Virus record (IMG/VR): IMGVR_UViG_2663763227_000005 | Direction: 5' to 3' (one strand) | DNA length: 8,835 bases | Origin: a virus | Taxonomy: Duplodnaviria; Heunggongvirae; Uroviricota; Caudoviricetes | Shown: positions 1-6,801 of the stretch, piece after piece | How the letters are laid out: each line of letters starts with the position of its first letter | Position numbering within the stretch: the stretch's first letter is position 1 | Made by a program: the position numbers and the translations under genes | The notes under the pieces: model-generated | What the model was told of the DNA's origin: nothing | Databases searched by the model: none | Seen by the model: only the letters and a program-made list of their open reading frames with translations

Positions 1-60
1 GTTACCCCCAAACGAATCGGAAAATCGATACTGGAAAAACTCTAACTCGGTGGCCAGTTT

Positions 61-675
61 TTGTTGACCACTTCAAACTTCCACGGAGTTGAGTTGGTGC
101 CCACCCGTGATATGCATGGTGTTTGGTTTACATCATCTAATATTGCATCTGCACTTAAATACGCAAATAGTCGTGCAGTAACAATGATTTATAACAAGTA
201 TAGCGATGAGTTTAGCGCCGGAATGACTCAGGTACTCGAAGTGAGTACCTCAGGAAATTATCGCAAAAAAGTGCGAGTTTTCTCACTACGCGGTGCCCAC
301 CTAATCGCGATGTTTGCTCGCACTCCGGTAGCCAAAGAGTTCCGCCGCTGGGTGCTGGATATTTTGGATCGGCAGGCAGAATGCTCACCGATTGCAAAAC
401 AGTTTACTGACGAAGAACTGGTTAATCTCTGCTACTTACAATTGTGGATGGAGAAGAGTCAACAAATGTGCAAACACATCTACCCAGGAATGAAGCAAAT
501 TGGTTCTGAGCTTTCAGGAAGGATTTACGATATTGCATATGAGACTCGCTACATGTCAGAAGAAACCAAGAAATCACTTCTTCGTGAAATGAAGAATCTT
601 GATACCAACAATTTTGTCGTAAAGAACGCTCAGCCAATGCTGGCAAAACTTCGCGGCGAGGAATGGATTCATTGA
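61..675 (+). CDS. Bro-N domain phage protein (antirepressor-like, DNA-binding). Start uncertain: TTG at 61 or 64, with an in-frame ATG only at 112.
   Basis: N-terminal pattern FHGVELVPTRDMHGVWFTSSNIASALKY ... VFSLRGAHLIAMFARTPVAKEFRRWVLDIL fits the Bro-N signature (F.F.G..IR...GEPWFVAKDVA..LGY ... LINESGLYSLI..S..P.AK.FK.WV) as I remember it. An in-frame stop at 43-45 bounds the ORF. A GGTGG SD-like sequence lies 7 nt upstream of TTG 61. Confidence 0.65.
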   Translation: MLTTSNFHGVELVPTRDMHGVWFTSSNIASALKYANSRAVTMIYNKYSDEFSAGMTQVLEVSTSGNYRKKVRVFSLRGAHLIAMFARTPVAKEFRRWVLDILDRQAECSPIAKQFTDEELVNLCYLQLWMEKSQQMCKHIYPGMKQIGSELSGRIYDIAYETRYMSEETKKSLLREMKNLDTNNFVVKNAQPMLAKLRGEEWIH

Positions 676-763
676 TTGGTGCGCCGGACTGCGCAAAAAG
701 AAAACCGCCAGTGTGCTGCTGGCGGCCTATGTCACACCCTTACTACCACATAAGGAATGCCTA

Positions 764-1492
764 ATGACTTTTAAGAATGTAGCAAACATCGGATCCGTTG
801 TCACGGATAAAACCATTGATAGCCAGTACCTGTTAGAGATGGTCAATCATGCTCGTAGACAGTGCGGGGAAAAAGAAGTCCGAAATAACGACTTTATTGC
901 ACGCATTAAGGATGAACTTGAAGGTGAGCACTACGAAATTTTCGTAGTTCAAAAATCAAACAAGACAACTTCTGAAAAAGTTGTTATGTCAATTAAGCAA
1001 GCCCTTCGAGTGGCTGCTCGTGAATCTAAAGCTGTTCGCCGCTCACTTGTAGACCAACTTGAAAGTATGCAAGAAGCGCACATTAAAAGCGGTAAATCGT
1101 CGAGTGGACTTGTTGAGTATCGCCAGGCGCGAACATTGAAAATGACGGTTGAAGCTGTTACCAATCTGTTCGATTTGATGCCAAATCTTGCGCCGGAAGC
1201 AAAGCAGACTGCGGCAGCAAGCATAATCAACCCGATAGTTGGTTTTAATGCAATACCTCTTCCGGCAATAGAAGAGCATTACTACTCAGCAGGGGAGGTT
1301 GCAGAGCAGCTTGGAGTAACGGCCAACAAGATTGGTCGCATTGCTAACGCAAACAACCTCAAAACTGAGCAGTACGGGAAGTTCTTCCTGGATAAATCTG
1401 CGCATTCCAGCAAACAGGTGGAAGCATTCCGCTACAATGCGGAAGGTGTTAAAGCTCTACAACACCTGATTCATGGGAGTAATGTTGCATAA
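764..1492 (+). CDS. Phage protein of unknown function, possibly regulatory. The C-terminal segment YYSAGEVAEQLGVTANKIGRIANANNLKTEQYGKFF looks like an HTH-type DNA-binding motif seen in antirepressor C-terminal domains. An alternative GTG start at 713 is less likely.
   Basis: Long ORF with AAGGA SD (752-756) 7 nt upstream of ATG 764. The GTG at 713 falls inside the loop of a hairpin (705-725). Domain assignment is by remembered pattern only. Confidence 0.6.
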   Translation: MTFKNVANIGSVVTDKTIDSQYLLEMVNHARRQCGEKEVRNNDFIARIKDELEGEHYEIFVVQKSNKTTSEKVVMSIKQALRVAARESKAVRRSLVDQLESMQEAHIKSGKSSSGLVEYRQARTLKMTVEAVTNLFDLMPNLAPEAKQTAAASIINPIVGFNAIPLPAIEEHYYSAGEVAEQLGVTANKIGRIANANNLKTEQYGKFFLDKSAHSSKQVEAFRYNAEGVKALQHLIHGSNVA

Positions 1493-1713
1493 TGGCAAAG
1501 AAAAAATATGGCATTATGCCGCCAAGAATCAAAGGAAGAGCCAGGGTAAAAGGCGATGCTGGGAGGTATCACATTCTTGGAGTTCTGTGGCATGAGAGAG
1601 CTTTAATTTTAAGTAGACCTCATGGGTACATTGAAAAGGTATCTATAGATAGAGTAGAGATTCTTCCCCTTACACCTGAAGAAGAAGAAACGTACGGACT
1701 TTTTGATAACTAA
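1492..1713 (+). CDS. Hypothetical small basic protein (73 aa), translationally coupled to the upstream ORF.
   Basis: ATG 1492-1494 overlaps the TAA stop (1490-1492) of the previous ORF (TAATG). It ends just before an intrinsic terminator. No recognisable family. Confidence 0.45.
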   Translation: MAKKKYGIMPPRIKGRARVKGDAGRYHILGVLWHERALILSRPHGYIEKVSIDRVEILPLTPEEEETYGLFDN

Positions 1714-1720
1714 CCAACTA

Positions 1721-1746
1721 AACCCGCTTAATCGCGGGTTTTTTAT
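1721..1746 (+). terminator. Rho-independent terminator closing the rightward ORF cluster; only weakly bidirectional.
   Basis: Stem AACCCGC (1721-1727), loop TTAATC, stem GCGGGTT (1734-1740), followed by a T-run through 1744. On the minus strand only about three U residues follow the hairpin. Confidence 0.7.
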
Positions 1747-1769
1747 AAGGAGTATTCATGATTTACCCA

Positions 1770-2306
1770 TCAAACAACCCACCAGTTTGCCTGATTGGAT
1801 ACCAGCCTTGCAGTTTTTATGGAATTAATTATGCCATGCTCAAGAGCCTTGTTAGCATCCAAAATGGTCGAGTCTGCTATCAGGGATGCCCACCTAATAT
1901 GGGTTCCGATGTCGATATTGAACGTCTCAACGAAGCGATCAAGATCGTTATCGAGGCATTTCCCGTACTCTCTCAATCTGGCATGGTCGGCGGCTGGGGA
2001 GGCAAAGCACCATAATAGAGGATGTAACAGGAATCTTGATAATGGGTTTGCGAAACGTTCTGAGCCAGCCAGGAAAACGATATTAGCTATGGATTCAACA
2101 TTGCTTATGTTGTGAGTTCTAACGGTAACAGGGAGTGACTTAAGAAAGTTATACGCAGTAAAGCCAGCGGCAGTTTCCCCTCCCTGACTTGATATATGGA
2201 TATTTAATTCAGTTGCGCCTTGAGATAATGCGGTGAGACAGTGGTTCTGAAGTTGCCCAACAGTGGCAGTGTTAACGGGGCATAAGAAATGAATTGTGTG
2301 CAGCAT
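1770..2306 (-). CDS. ClpP-fold (Clp/crotonase superfamily) serine protease, minimal core of 178 aa, in the sieA position of the immI region.
   Basis: Aligns by eye to the E. coli ClpP core: ISSQGGETAAG vs INSPGGVITAG; VESIANIVFLAG vs AASMGAFLLTAG (catalytic Ser aligned); RFLLHP vs RVMIHQP (catalytic His aligned); ANKALEHGIINSI vs APEAVEYGLVDSIL. The ATG overlaps the mnt stop (TAATG on the minus strand), with AAGGA 9 nt upstream. Confidence 0.8.
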   Translation of the reverse strand: MLHTIHFLCPVNTATVGQLQNHCLTALSQGATELNIHISSQGGETAAGFTAYNFLKSLPVTVRTHNISNVESIANIVFLAGSERFANPLSRFLLHPLLWCFASPAADHARLREYGKCLDNDLDRFVETFNIDIGTHIRWASLIADSTILDANKALEHGIINSIKTARLVSNQANWWVV

Positions 2307-2554
2307 TATTTTTCATCCTTACCATACATGGTCTTTAGCGTCTCAAGCAGCGCCTCTTTGAATTTGTCAGCTTCTTGCTGAGCAAATGACTCAACTGACT
2401 TTGGCGACCTATCTTCATCAATCGCGGCTTGCAAAATCATGACGATCTCGGAGTTAACAGAGCGACCATTTTTTGATGCTCTGACAGCAAGAGCCTCGCG
2501 TAAAGATTCAGGGATTCTTACCGTAGTTGGAGAAATTGACACACCCTTTGCCAT
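2306..2554 (-). CDS. mnt: Mnt-like ribbon-helix-helix maintenance repressor (82 aa).
   Basis: GRSVNSEIVMILQAAI matches P22 Mnt GRSMNSELLQIVQDAL as recalled. Size is right (P22 Mnt is about 83 aa). It is divergent from arc-ant as in P22. AAGGTG SD lies 4 nt upstream of the ATG. Confidence 0.8.
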   Translation of the reverse strand: MAKGVSISPTTVRIPESLREALAVRASKNGRSVNSEIVMILQAAIDEDRSPKSVESFAQQEADKFKEALLETLKTMYGKDEK

Positions 2555-2668
2555 ATCACACCTTTGGTATTCAATTTGATAGCAAAGTGTATGCAGAAAA
2601 ATTTTGACTAGATATACTCACTTTGCTATCTTTTGTATTCGAAAAGAGTTGTTTGTGTGGAGGGTAAC
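2555..2668. promoter_or_regulatory. Divergent immI promoter/operator region between mnt and arc. Candidate Pant is -35 TTGACT (2604-2609), 17-bp spacer, -10 TATCTT (2627-2632). A perfect 12-bp inverted repeat GATAGCAAAGTG (2578-2589) / CACTTTGCTATC (2619-2630) brackets the -35 and overlaps the -10.
   Basis: Read directly from the sequence. The arrangement is analogous to P22 Pant/Pmnt with Arc and Mnt operators, though the operator sequences differ from the P22 ones I remember. Pmnt could not be placed confidently. Confidence 0.5.
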
Positions 2669-2821
2669 ATGGAGAAAGAAATAAGTAAGATTTTGGTAAG
2701 GATGCCGCAGTCGTTAAAGGATGCTATAGGTAGCAGGGCAAAGGAAGAGTGCAGGTCGTTTAACTCAGAGGTTATCAAGCGCCTGATAGACAGCTTGAAG
2801 AGAGAGGGGGTAATGGTATGA
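2669..2821 (+). CDS. arc: Arc-like ribbon-helix-helix repressor (50 aa from ATG 2669). The track ORF starts at TTG 2633, but the ATG with a GGAGGG SD is preferred.
   Basis: ILVRMPQSLKDAI...CRSFNSEVIKRLIDSLKREG matches P22 Arc ...RWPREVLDLV...GRSVNSEIYQRVMESFKKEG in pattern. GGAGGG (2658-2663) lies 5 nt upstream of ATG 2669. Confidence 0.75.
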   Translation: MEKEISKILVRMPQSLKDAIGSRAKEECRSFNSEVIKRLIDSLKREGVMV

Positions 2822-3021
2822 GTAAAGAATGTTGTTTCTGCGGCATTAGCGAATCAGACGCTGATCAAACATACATTTACTCTAAAGAAACAGGTCGGAT
2901 GCTGTGTAGTGACTGCGTGTTGGACATCATAAGATACAAGCATCTTGGATGTTCTGCCAGCATTAGCAATATAGGTGAAGTATATGAAGGGAAAGATATA
3001 ACTGATAGATCAGAAAGTTGA
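2818..3021 (+). CDS. Small CxxC...CxxC zinc-ribbon protein (67 aa) inserted between arc and ant; function unknown.
   Basis: Cys5-x2-Cys8 and Cys30-x2-Cys33 spacing. The ATG overlaps the arc stop (ATGA at 2818-2821). No equivalent gene lies between arc and ant in P22 as I recall it. Confidence 0.5.
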   Translation: MSKECCFCGISESDADQTYIYSKETGRMLCSDCVLDIIRYKHLGCSASISNIGEVYEGKDITDRSES

Positions 3022-3083
3022 AGCCCCAACTGCGGGAACAGTCAGGGCTTCGGTATCAACAAATCGTCTTAGGAAATATTGAC
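3013..3083 (-). ncRNA. sar: Candidate sar-like antisense RNA (about 70 nt), complementary to the ant ribosome-binding site and start codon.
   Basis: Leftward promoter: -35 TTGATA (plus-strand 3113-3118), 17-bp spacer, extended -10 TGcTATACT (plus-strand 3090-3098). Predicted TSS is near 3083. A compound hairpin AAGCCC-ca-ACTG-cgggaa-CAGT-ca-GGGCTT (3021-3050) is followed on the minus strand by CAACUUUCUG. The predicted length matches the roughly 68-69 nt P22 sar RNA (from memory). Confidence 0.4.
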
Positions 3084-4013
3084 ATGAAAAGTATAGCAAC
3101 AGCAGTATCTACTATCAATGTGCCATTCCACGGCGCAGAGCTTTATGTTGTCAATCACAACGGCGAACCGTACACCCCAATGAAACCTATCGTTGAGGGA
3201 ATGGGCATGACTTGGCAGTCTCAACACCGCAAGTTGATGGAGAGATTTAAGACCTGCATCATCGAAATGATGATTCAGCTCCCCGGCGATACTCAGCGTC
3301 GTCTGGTTATCTGTCTTGCTTTACGCAAACTTGCAGGTTGGCTGCAAACCATCAGCCCTAACAAAGTCCGCCCTGAAATCCGCGACAAGGTAATCCAGTA
3401 TCAGGAAGAGTGTGACGATGTACTCTACGAGTACTGGACTAAAGGCCATGTAGTTAACCCACGCAAAGCTAAAAAAGCGTTGCCGGGTAAAATCACCACT
3501 GAACAGCAGGAAGCCATTAAACAACTCGTCATGAGTCGCGGTCAGTCTCTGCCAAAAGAAAAACAGGCGAAGGCAATGATTACCATGTGGTCGTCACTGA
3601 AATCCCATTTTGGATGTTCGTACAAAGAAATCAGTGAGGAGCAGTTTACAGAAGCACTGTCACTTGCAGCTCGAGTTCCACTTGAAGGTGAGTTCATTGG
3701 CAAACAAGAGAAGAAAACCAACGAGCTTTCTGCAAAAGAAGCAAACAGCCTTGTATGGTTATGGGATTATGCCAACCGCTCACAGGCATTATTCCGCGAA
3801 CTGTATCCGGCGCTAAAACAAATTCAATCGAACTATTCCGGCAGATGTCATGACTGCGGTTATGAGTTCTCCCGTATTATCGATATGGCGAGAGATGTTT
3901 TAATCAACCATACACGAGATATTGATATTAATGAGCCAGACGGACCAACGAATCTTTCCGCATGGATGAGACTTAAGAATAAAGAATTACCTCCTTCAGT
4001 ACATAACTACTGA
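3084..4013 (+). CDS. ant: Ant antirepressor (P22 Ant-type N-terminal domain), 310 aa from ATG 3084. The track ORF starts at TTG 3018, which would run through the hairpin.
   Basis: VPFHGAELYVVNHNGEPYTPMKPIVEGMGMTWQSQHRKLMERF resembles the P22 antirepressor N-terminal domain pattern. AGGAAA (3071-3076) lies 7 nt upstream of ATG 3084. The position after arc and before the tailspike is as in P22. Confidence 0.85.
   Translation: MKSIATAVSTINVPFHGAELYVVNHNGEPYTPMKPIVEGMGMTWQSQHRKLMERFKTCIIEMMIQLPGDTQRRLVICLALRKLAGWLQTISPNKVRPEIRDKVIQYQEECDDVLYEYWTKGHVVNPRKAKKALPGKITTEQQEAIKQLVMSRGQSLPKEKQAKAMITMWSSLKSHFGCSYKEISEEQFTEALSLAARVPLEGEFIGKQEKKTNELSAKEANSLVWLWDYANRSQALFRELYPALKQIQSNYSGRCHDCGYEFSRIIDMARDVLINHTRDIDINEPDGPTNLSAWMRLKNKELPPSVHNY
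3090..3118 (-). promoter_or_regulatory. Psar-like leftward sigma70 promoter inside the 5' end of ant.
   Basis: Minus-strand TTGATA - 17 bp - TGcTATACT, a near-consensus extended -10 promoter, read directly from the sequence. Confidence 0.45.
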
Positions 4014-4030
4014 TAGATAACCAACGCAAC

Positions 4031-4056
4031 GACCCAGCTTCGGCTGGGTTTTTTTA
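4031..4056 (+). terminator. Rho-independent terminator after ant.
   Basis: GC-rich stem ACCCAGC (4032-4038), UUCG tetraloop (4039-4042), stem GCTGGGT (4043-4049), then a T-run through 4055. Confidence 0.8.
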
Positions 4057-4113
4057 TGCCCAAAATTCACCGTAGCCACGCTGCGGCGATTCCTTGCATC
4101 TGGAGCAAATTAA

Positions 4114-6801
4114 ATGACAGATATTACAGCCAATGTGATCGTATCGATGCCTTCGCAACTCTTCACTATGGCTCGTTCTTTTAAAGCCGTAGCCAATGGC
4201 AAAATTTATATCGGTAAAATTGACACTGACCCGGTAAATCCTGAAAACCAGATTCAGGTTTATGTGGAGAACGAAGACGGCTCTCACGTTCCTGTTTCGC
4301 AACCAATAATCATTAACGCTGCTGGATATCCGGTATATAACGGGCAGATTGCCAAATTCGTTACCGTGCAAGGTCATTCTATGGCTGTTTATGATGCATA
4401 TGGTGCGCAGCAGTTCTATTTTCCTAATGTGCTGAAGTATGACCCTGATCAGTCATTGAAATATGTAGAAGGGGCATTGCTTGTTACTGACTTAGGTAAT
4501 GGGACGTTTAAGAATAGTAGAAAAGACGTTGCCATTGGGGATAATCTAACAGGAACCAATTTTATTAGAATAAACGGCGGCGTCTATAAATGCACTCCAG
4601 TTGCAACTGGAATTGTTACTGAGATCAAACATAGATACATTATCGCAGGCGGGGTTAAAAGCTACCTGTCTCATATTTCCAGGCATGTCAGTGGTACGCG
4701 TAGGCCGCTGAACTGGAAATTAGAATTCAGCATCATAGACGATGAGATTACCGCAGATCTTAAAGATCAGTATGGTTACACGACCATGGGATTTCAGGGG
4801 ATTTACATAGACAGCAATGATGGAATGGTATACATCGGCTGGCAGACGCTAGACCCCGCATCGGTATGGGTTACGGTGCATGACTGGGTAACAGGAGCAT
4901 TGGTAACACGTCTTCATTTTCCGAATAACGTTGGTGCACCAGAAGGCATCCACGTTTACCGAGTGGCAGGACAGCGTTACATCCTGCTGCCGTACAGCCC
5001 ATCTCGCACTATCAGAATTTACCCTATCGAAGATCCGCGTACGCTGGTTGATAAAACGCAGATTACAAACTTCACTGAATCAACACGCCTTGGAGTGCGA
5101 TATCAGTTTAGTGGCTTTGGTAATACCCTGATATACGAAAATGCGGATATGGGTTGGCCGAAAATTTTTGATGTTGAGACAGGTGTATCCAATATCTTTA
5201 ACACACTGGATATTAACAGCCTTATAGAAGGATCTTACAGTCCAATGGGGACTATTACGGTTGATGCAAATGTTGGAGGTCGCGGAGCCGGTAAACCAAA
5301 ACGGCAGGGTGTCGCTCTTGGTTCTCAACGGATATTTGCTGGTATTGGTGCATCTACCACGGCGGGATCTGGAAATACTTTCGCAGGGTTGCAGGGTTAT
5401 ATTGAGTACAGCCTTAATGGTTCAGAATTAGGTCAGTACCTGCTGTCACCTGCAGATTTCAAAACATACTGGGATAGTTATTCAGGGAAGAGTGTTTACT
5501 CCACTGAAAATGAGGGGGTGCAGTCTTGTGATATTTCTGGCTCTGAGGAATTGTATCTTCTACAGTCTATTCGCTATGACAATGGGGGCGGATCAAATTA
5601 TAGGACTTTAAACATCATTCGCGCTAACTGTCCATCTAATGAACCTGGAACAGTAGACATGACTCCGCTATCCAATGCCTCCTCACAGTTATTTAACCCT
5701 CGCGGAAGGGTGATTAACGCTGGCCGTCACCCTGTGAACCCGGCTGATGGTATTGCGCTATTTACATCGGCACAGGCTATTTGTGACTATTTGCGGAATA
5801 CAGATGCAGGTAGATATGTGACATATCTTGAACAGGATATGCCACTGTTTGAAGGTGGGCCATCTGCGCCAGGACAGATGACGCTGCCAGCATTCTGCCT
5901 ATTGCAGATCGACTTCATCAACGGCGATACCTGGGAAATTACAGTTAATGGAACTAACAGGGCTAATAATTATACAGGAAGGATTTCCAAAAACGGCGGG
6001 TACAACTCTTTTACTAAGGTGTCCTCCCGCAGCATGTCGATTCTCGGATCCCCTGGTCTGGTTGATGTATCAATTCGCTCACCTAACTCACTAAATCTTC
6101 CAGAATTTGCTGGAGACTGGTCTACTGGTGTAAGTATAGGAGCTGCAGGTGGGGTGACAAACTGGCAGCCAGAAGGAACAGGTAACGGAGCATTATGGGA
6201 GTCAGGATATGCAAAAAACCGTGTGTTGCAGATATTCATGTCCACAACATCAAAACTGTTCTTCCGCTACGCAGACGATGCTATTCGCGCAGGTAACACA
6301 GGCTGGGCTGAGGCATGGTCGTCGCTGAACACGACCGTCGATTCAAGTGGTTTCATCAAAAAAGCCTCTCCGGTTGTGAAGATTTTCTCAGACGGTAGTA
6401 GTGAAACAAATCGCGAATCAGATGGGGTAACCGTCACACGGCTGGCATTGGGTGAATATCTGATTGAGGGTTGCGTAGGTCTGAATGCAGATGCTTCATG
6501 GGGGGGGATTGATGGTGGATTTGAAATACCGCAGGACCGAAACAAGCAGCCGCTCATCTGGCTGGATTATGTTGTTAACCAAGATGGATCTGTGTTGGTG
6601 AAAACGTTTCACCGCACTCATGATAACTCGCCCGTTTTTGCACGTAACGACATCCCTGGTGTTTCGAACGGTGACCCGATCGACATTCCTGCTAATCAAT
6701 TCGTTTCTGTGCGAGTACAGATGCCTGAGGATTCTGCATGGAATAAGCTTAAGGAACAACTAAATAAGGCTGAATTGATAGAAGATGATGTTGTGGAATA
6801 G
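4114..6801 (+). CDS. Tailspike protein (895 aa). The N-terminal roughly 113 aa is a P22 gp9-type head-binding domain; the remaining roughly 780 aa is a divergent receptor-binding or depolymerase module of unknown specificity.
   Basis: [71 protein letters not shown]...[13 protein letters not shown]...NVLKYDPDQ is near-identical in pattern to the P22 gp9 N-terminus ([59 protein letters not shown]...VLKYDPDQ). Similarity is lost after YDPDQ. GGAG (4102-4105) lies 8 nt upstream of the ATG. Confidence 0.9.
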   Translation: MTDITANVIVSMPSQLFTMARSFKAVANGKIYIGKIDTDPVNPENQIQVYVENEDGSHVPVSQPIIINAAGYPVYNGQIAKFVTVQGHSMAVYDAYGAQQFYFPNVLKYDPDQSLKYVEGALLVTDLGNGTFKNSRKDVAIGDNLTGTNFIRINGGVYKCTPVATGIVTEIKHRYIIAGGVKSYLSHISRHVSGTRRPLNWKLEFSIIDDEITADLKDQYGYTTMGFQGIYIDSNDGMVYIGWQTLDPASVWVTVHDWVTGALVTRLHFPNNVGAPEGIHVYRVAGQRYILLPYSPSRTIRIYPIEDPRTLVDKTQITNFTESTRLGVRYQFSGFGNTLIYENADMGWPKIFDVETGVSNIFNTLDINSLIEGSYSPMGTITVDANVGGRGAGKPKRQGVALGSQRIFAGIGASTTAGSGNTFAGLQGYIEYSLNGSELGQYLLSPADFKTYWDSYSGKSVYSTENEGVQSCDISGSEELYLLQSIRYDNGGGSNYRTLNIIRANCPSNEPGTVDMTPLSNASSQLFNPRGRVINAGRHPVNPADGIALFTSAQAICDYLRNTDAGRYVTYLEQDMPLFEGGPSAPGQMTLPAFCLLQIDFINGDTWEITVNGTNRANNYTGRISKNGGYNSFTKVSSRSMSILGSPGLVDVSIRSPNSLNLPEFAGDWSTGVSIGAAGGVTNWQPEGTGNGALWESGYAKNRVLQIFMSTTSKLFFRYADDAIRAGNTGWAEAWSSLNTTVDSSGFIKKASPVVKIFSDGSSETNRESDGVTVTRLALGEYLIEGCVGLNADASWGGIDGGFEIPQDRNKQPLIWLDYVVNQDGSVLVKTFHRTHDNSPVFARNDIPGVSNGDPIDIPANQFVSVRVQMPEDSAWNKLKEQLNKAELIEDDVVE

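Larger units (their letters stand above)
1..6801. mobile_element. Right-end segment of a P22-like prophage or remnant (immI module plus tailspike). The true right boundary lies somewhere in 6802-7487 and the left boundary is outside the window.
   Basis: Gene order mnt(-) / arc-ant(+) / tailspike(+) matches the P22 immI-gene 9 arrangement as I recall it. The tailspike N-terminus is unmistakably P22 gp9-like. The neighbouring gene is a host housekeeping gene (dacD). Confidence 0.75.

Noticed and set aside
1-45. Possible 3' end of an upstream plus-strand gene, with the frame open from the window edge to TAA 43-45.
   Set aside because: Only 14 codons are visible, which is not enough to call a CDS.
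212-646. Minus-strand ORFs 212-397 and 422-646.
   Set aside because: Both are embedded antisense in the Bro-N gene, with no RBS and no recognisable protein features.
949-1279. Minus-strand ORFs 949-1230 and 1043-1279.
   Set aside because: Both are antisense within the 764-1492 CDS, with Cys/Arg-rich translations typical of spurious antisense frames.
1747-2015. Plus-strand ORF (85 aa) with a near-perfect AAGGAG SD 5 nt upstream of ATG 1758, directly after the terminator.
   Set aside because: It lies entirely antisense to the ClpP-fold ORF, which has clear family-level similarity. The protein has no recognisable features, and the SD sits inside the terminator tail. Most likely coincidental, though ribosome profiling could revisit it.
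1795-2115. Plus-strand ORF of 106 aa.
   Set aside because: Antisense to the ClpP-fold protease gene, with no support.
3321-3816. ORFs 3321-3524 (minus) and 3610-3816 (plus) inside ant.
   Set aside because: Overlapping or alternate-frame ORFs inside a well-supported gene.
4054-4377. Minus-strand ORF of 107 aa overlapping the tailspike start.
   Set aside because: Antisense to the conserved head-binding domain coding region and running through the ant terminator; implausible.
4931-6759. Five short ORFs (4931-5131 plus; 5080-5328, 5970-6245, 6267-6557 and 6496-6759 minus) inside the tailspike gene.
   Set aside because: Embedded in the 895-aa tailspike ORF, with low-complexity translations and no start signals.
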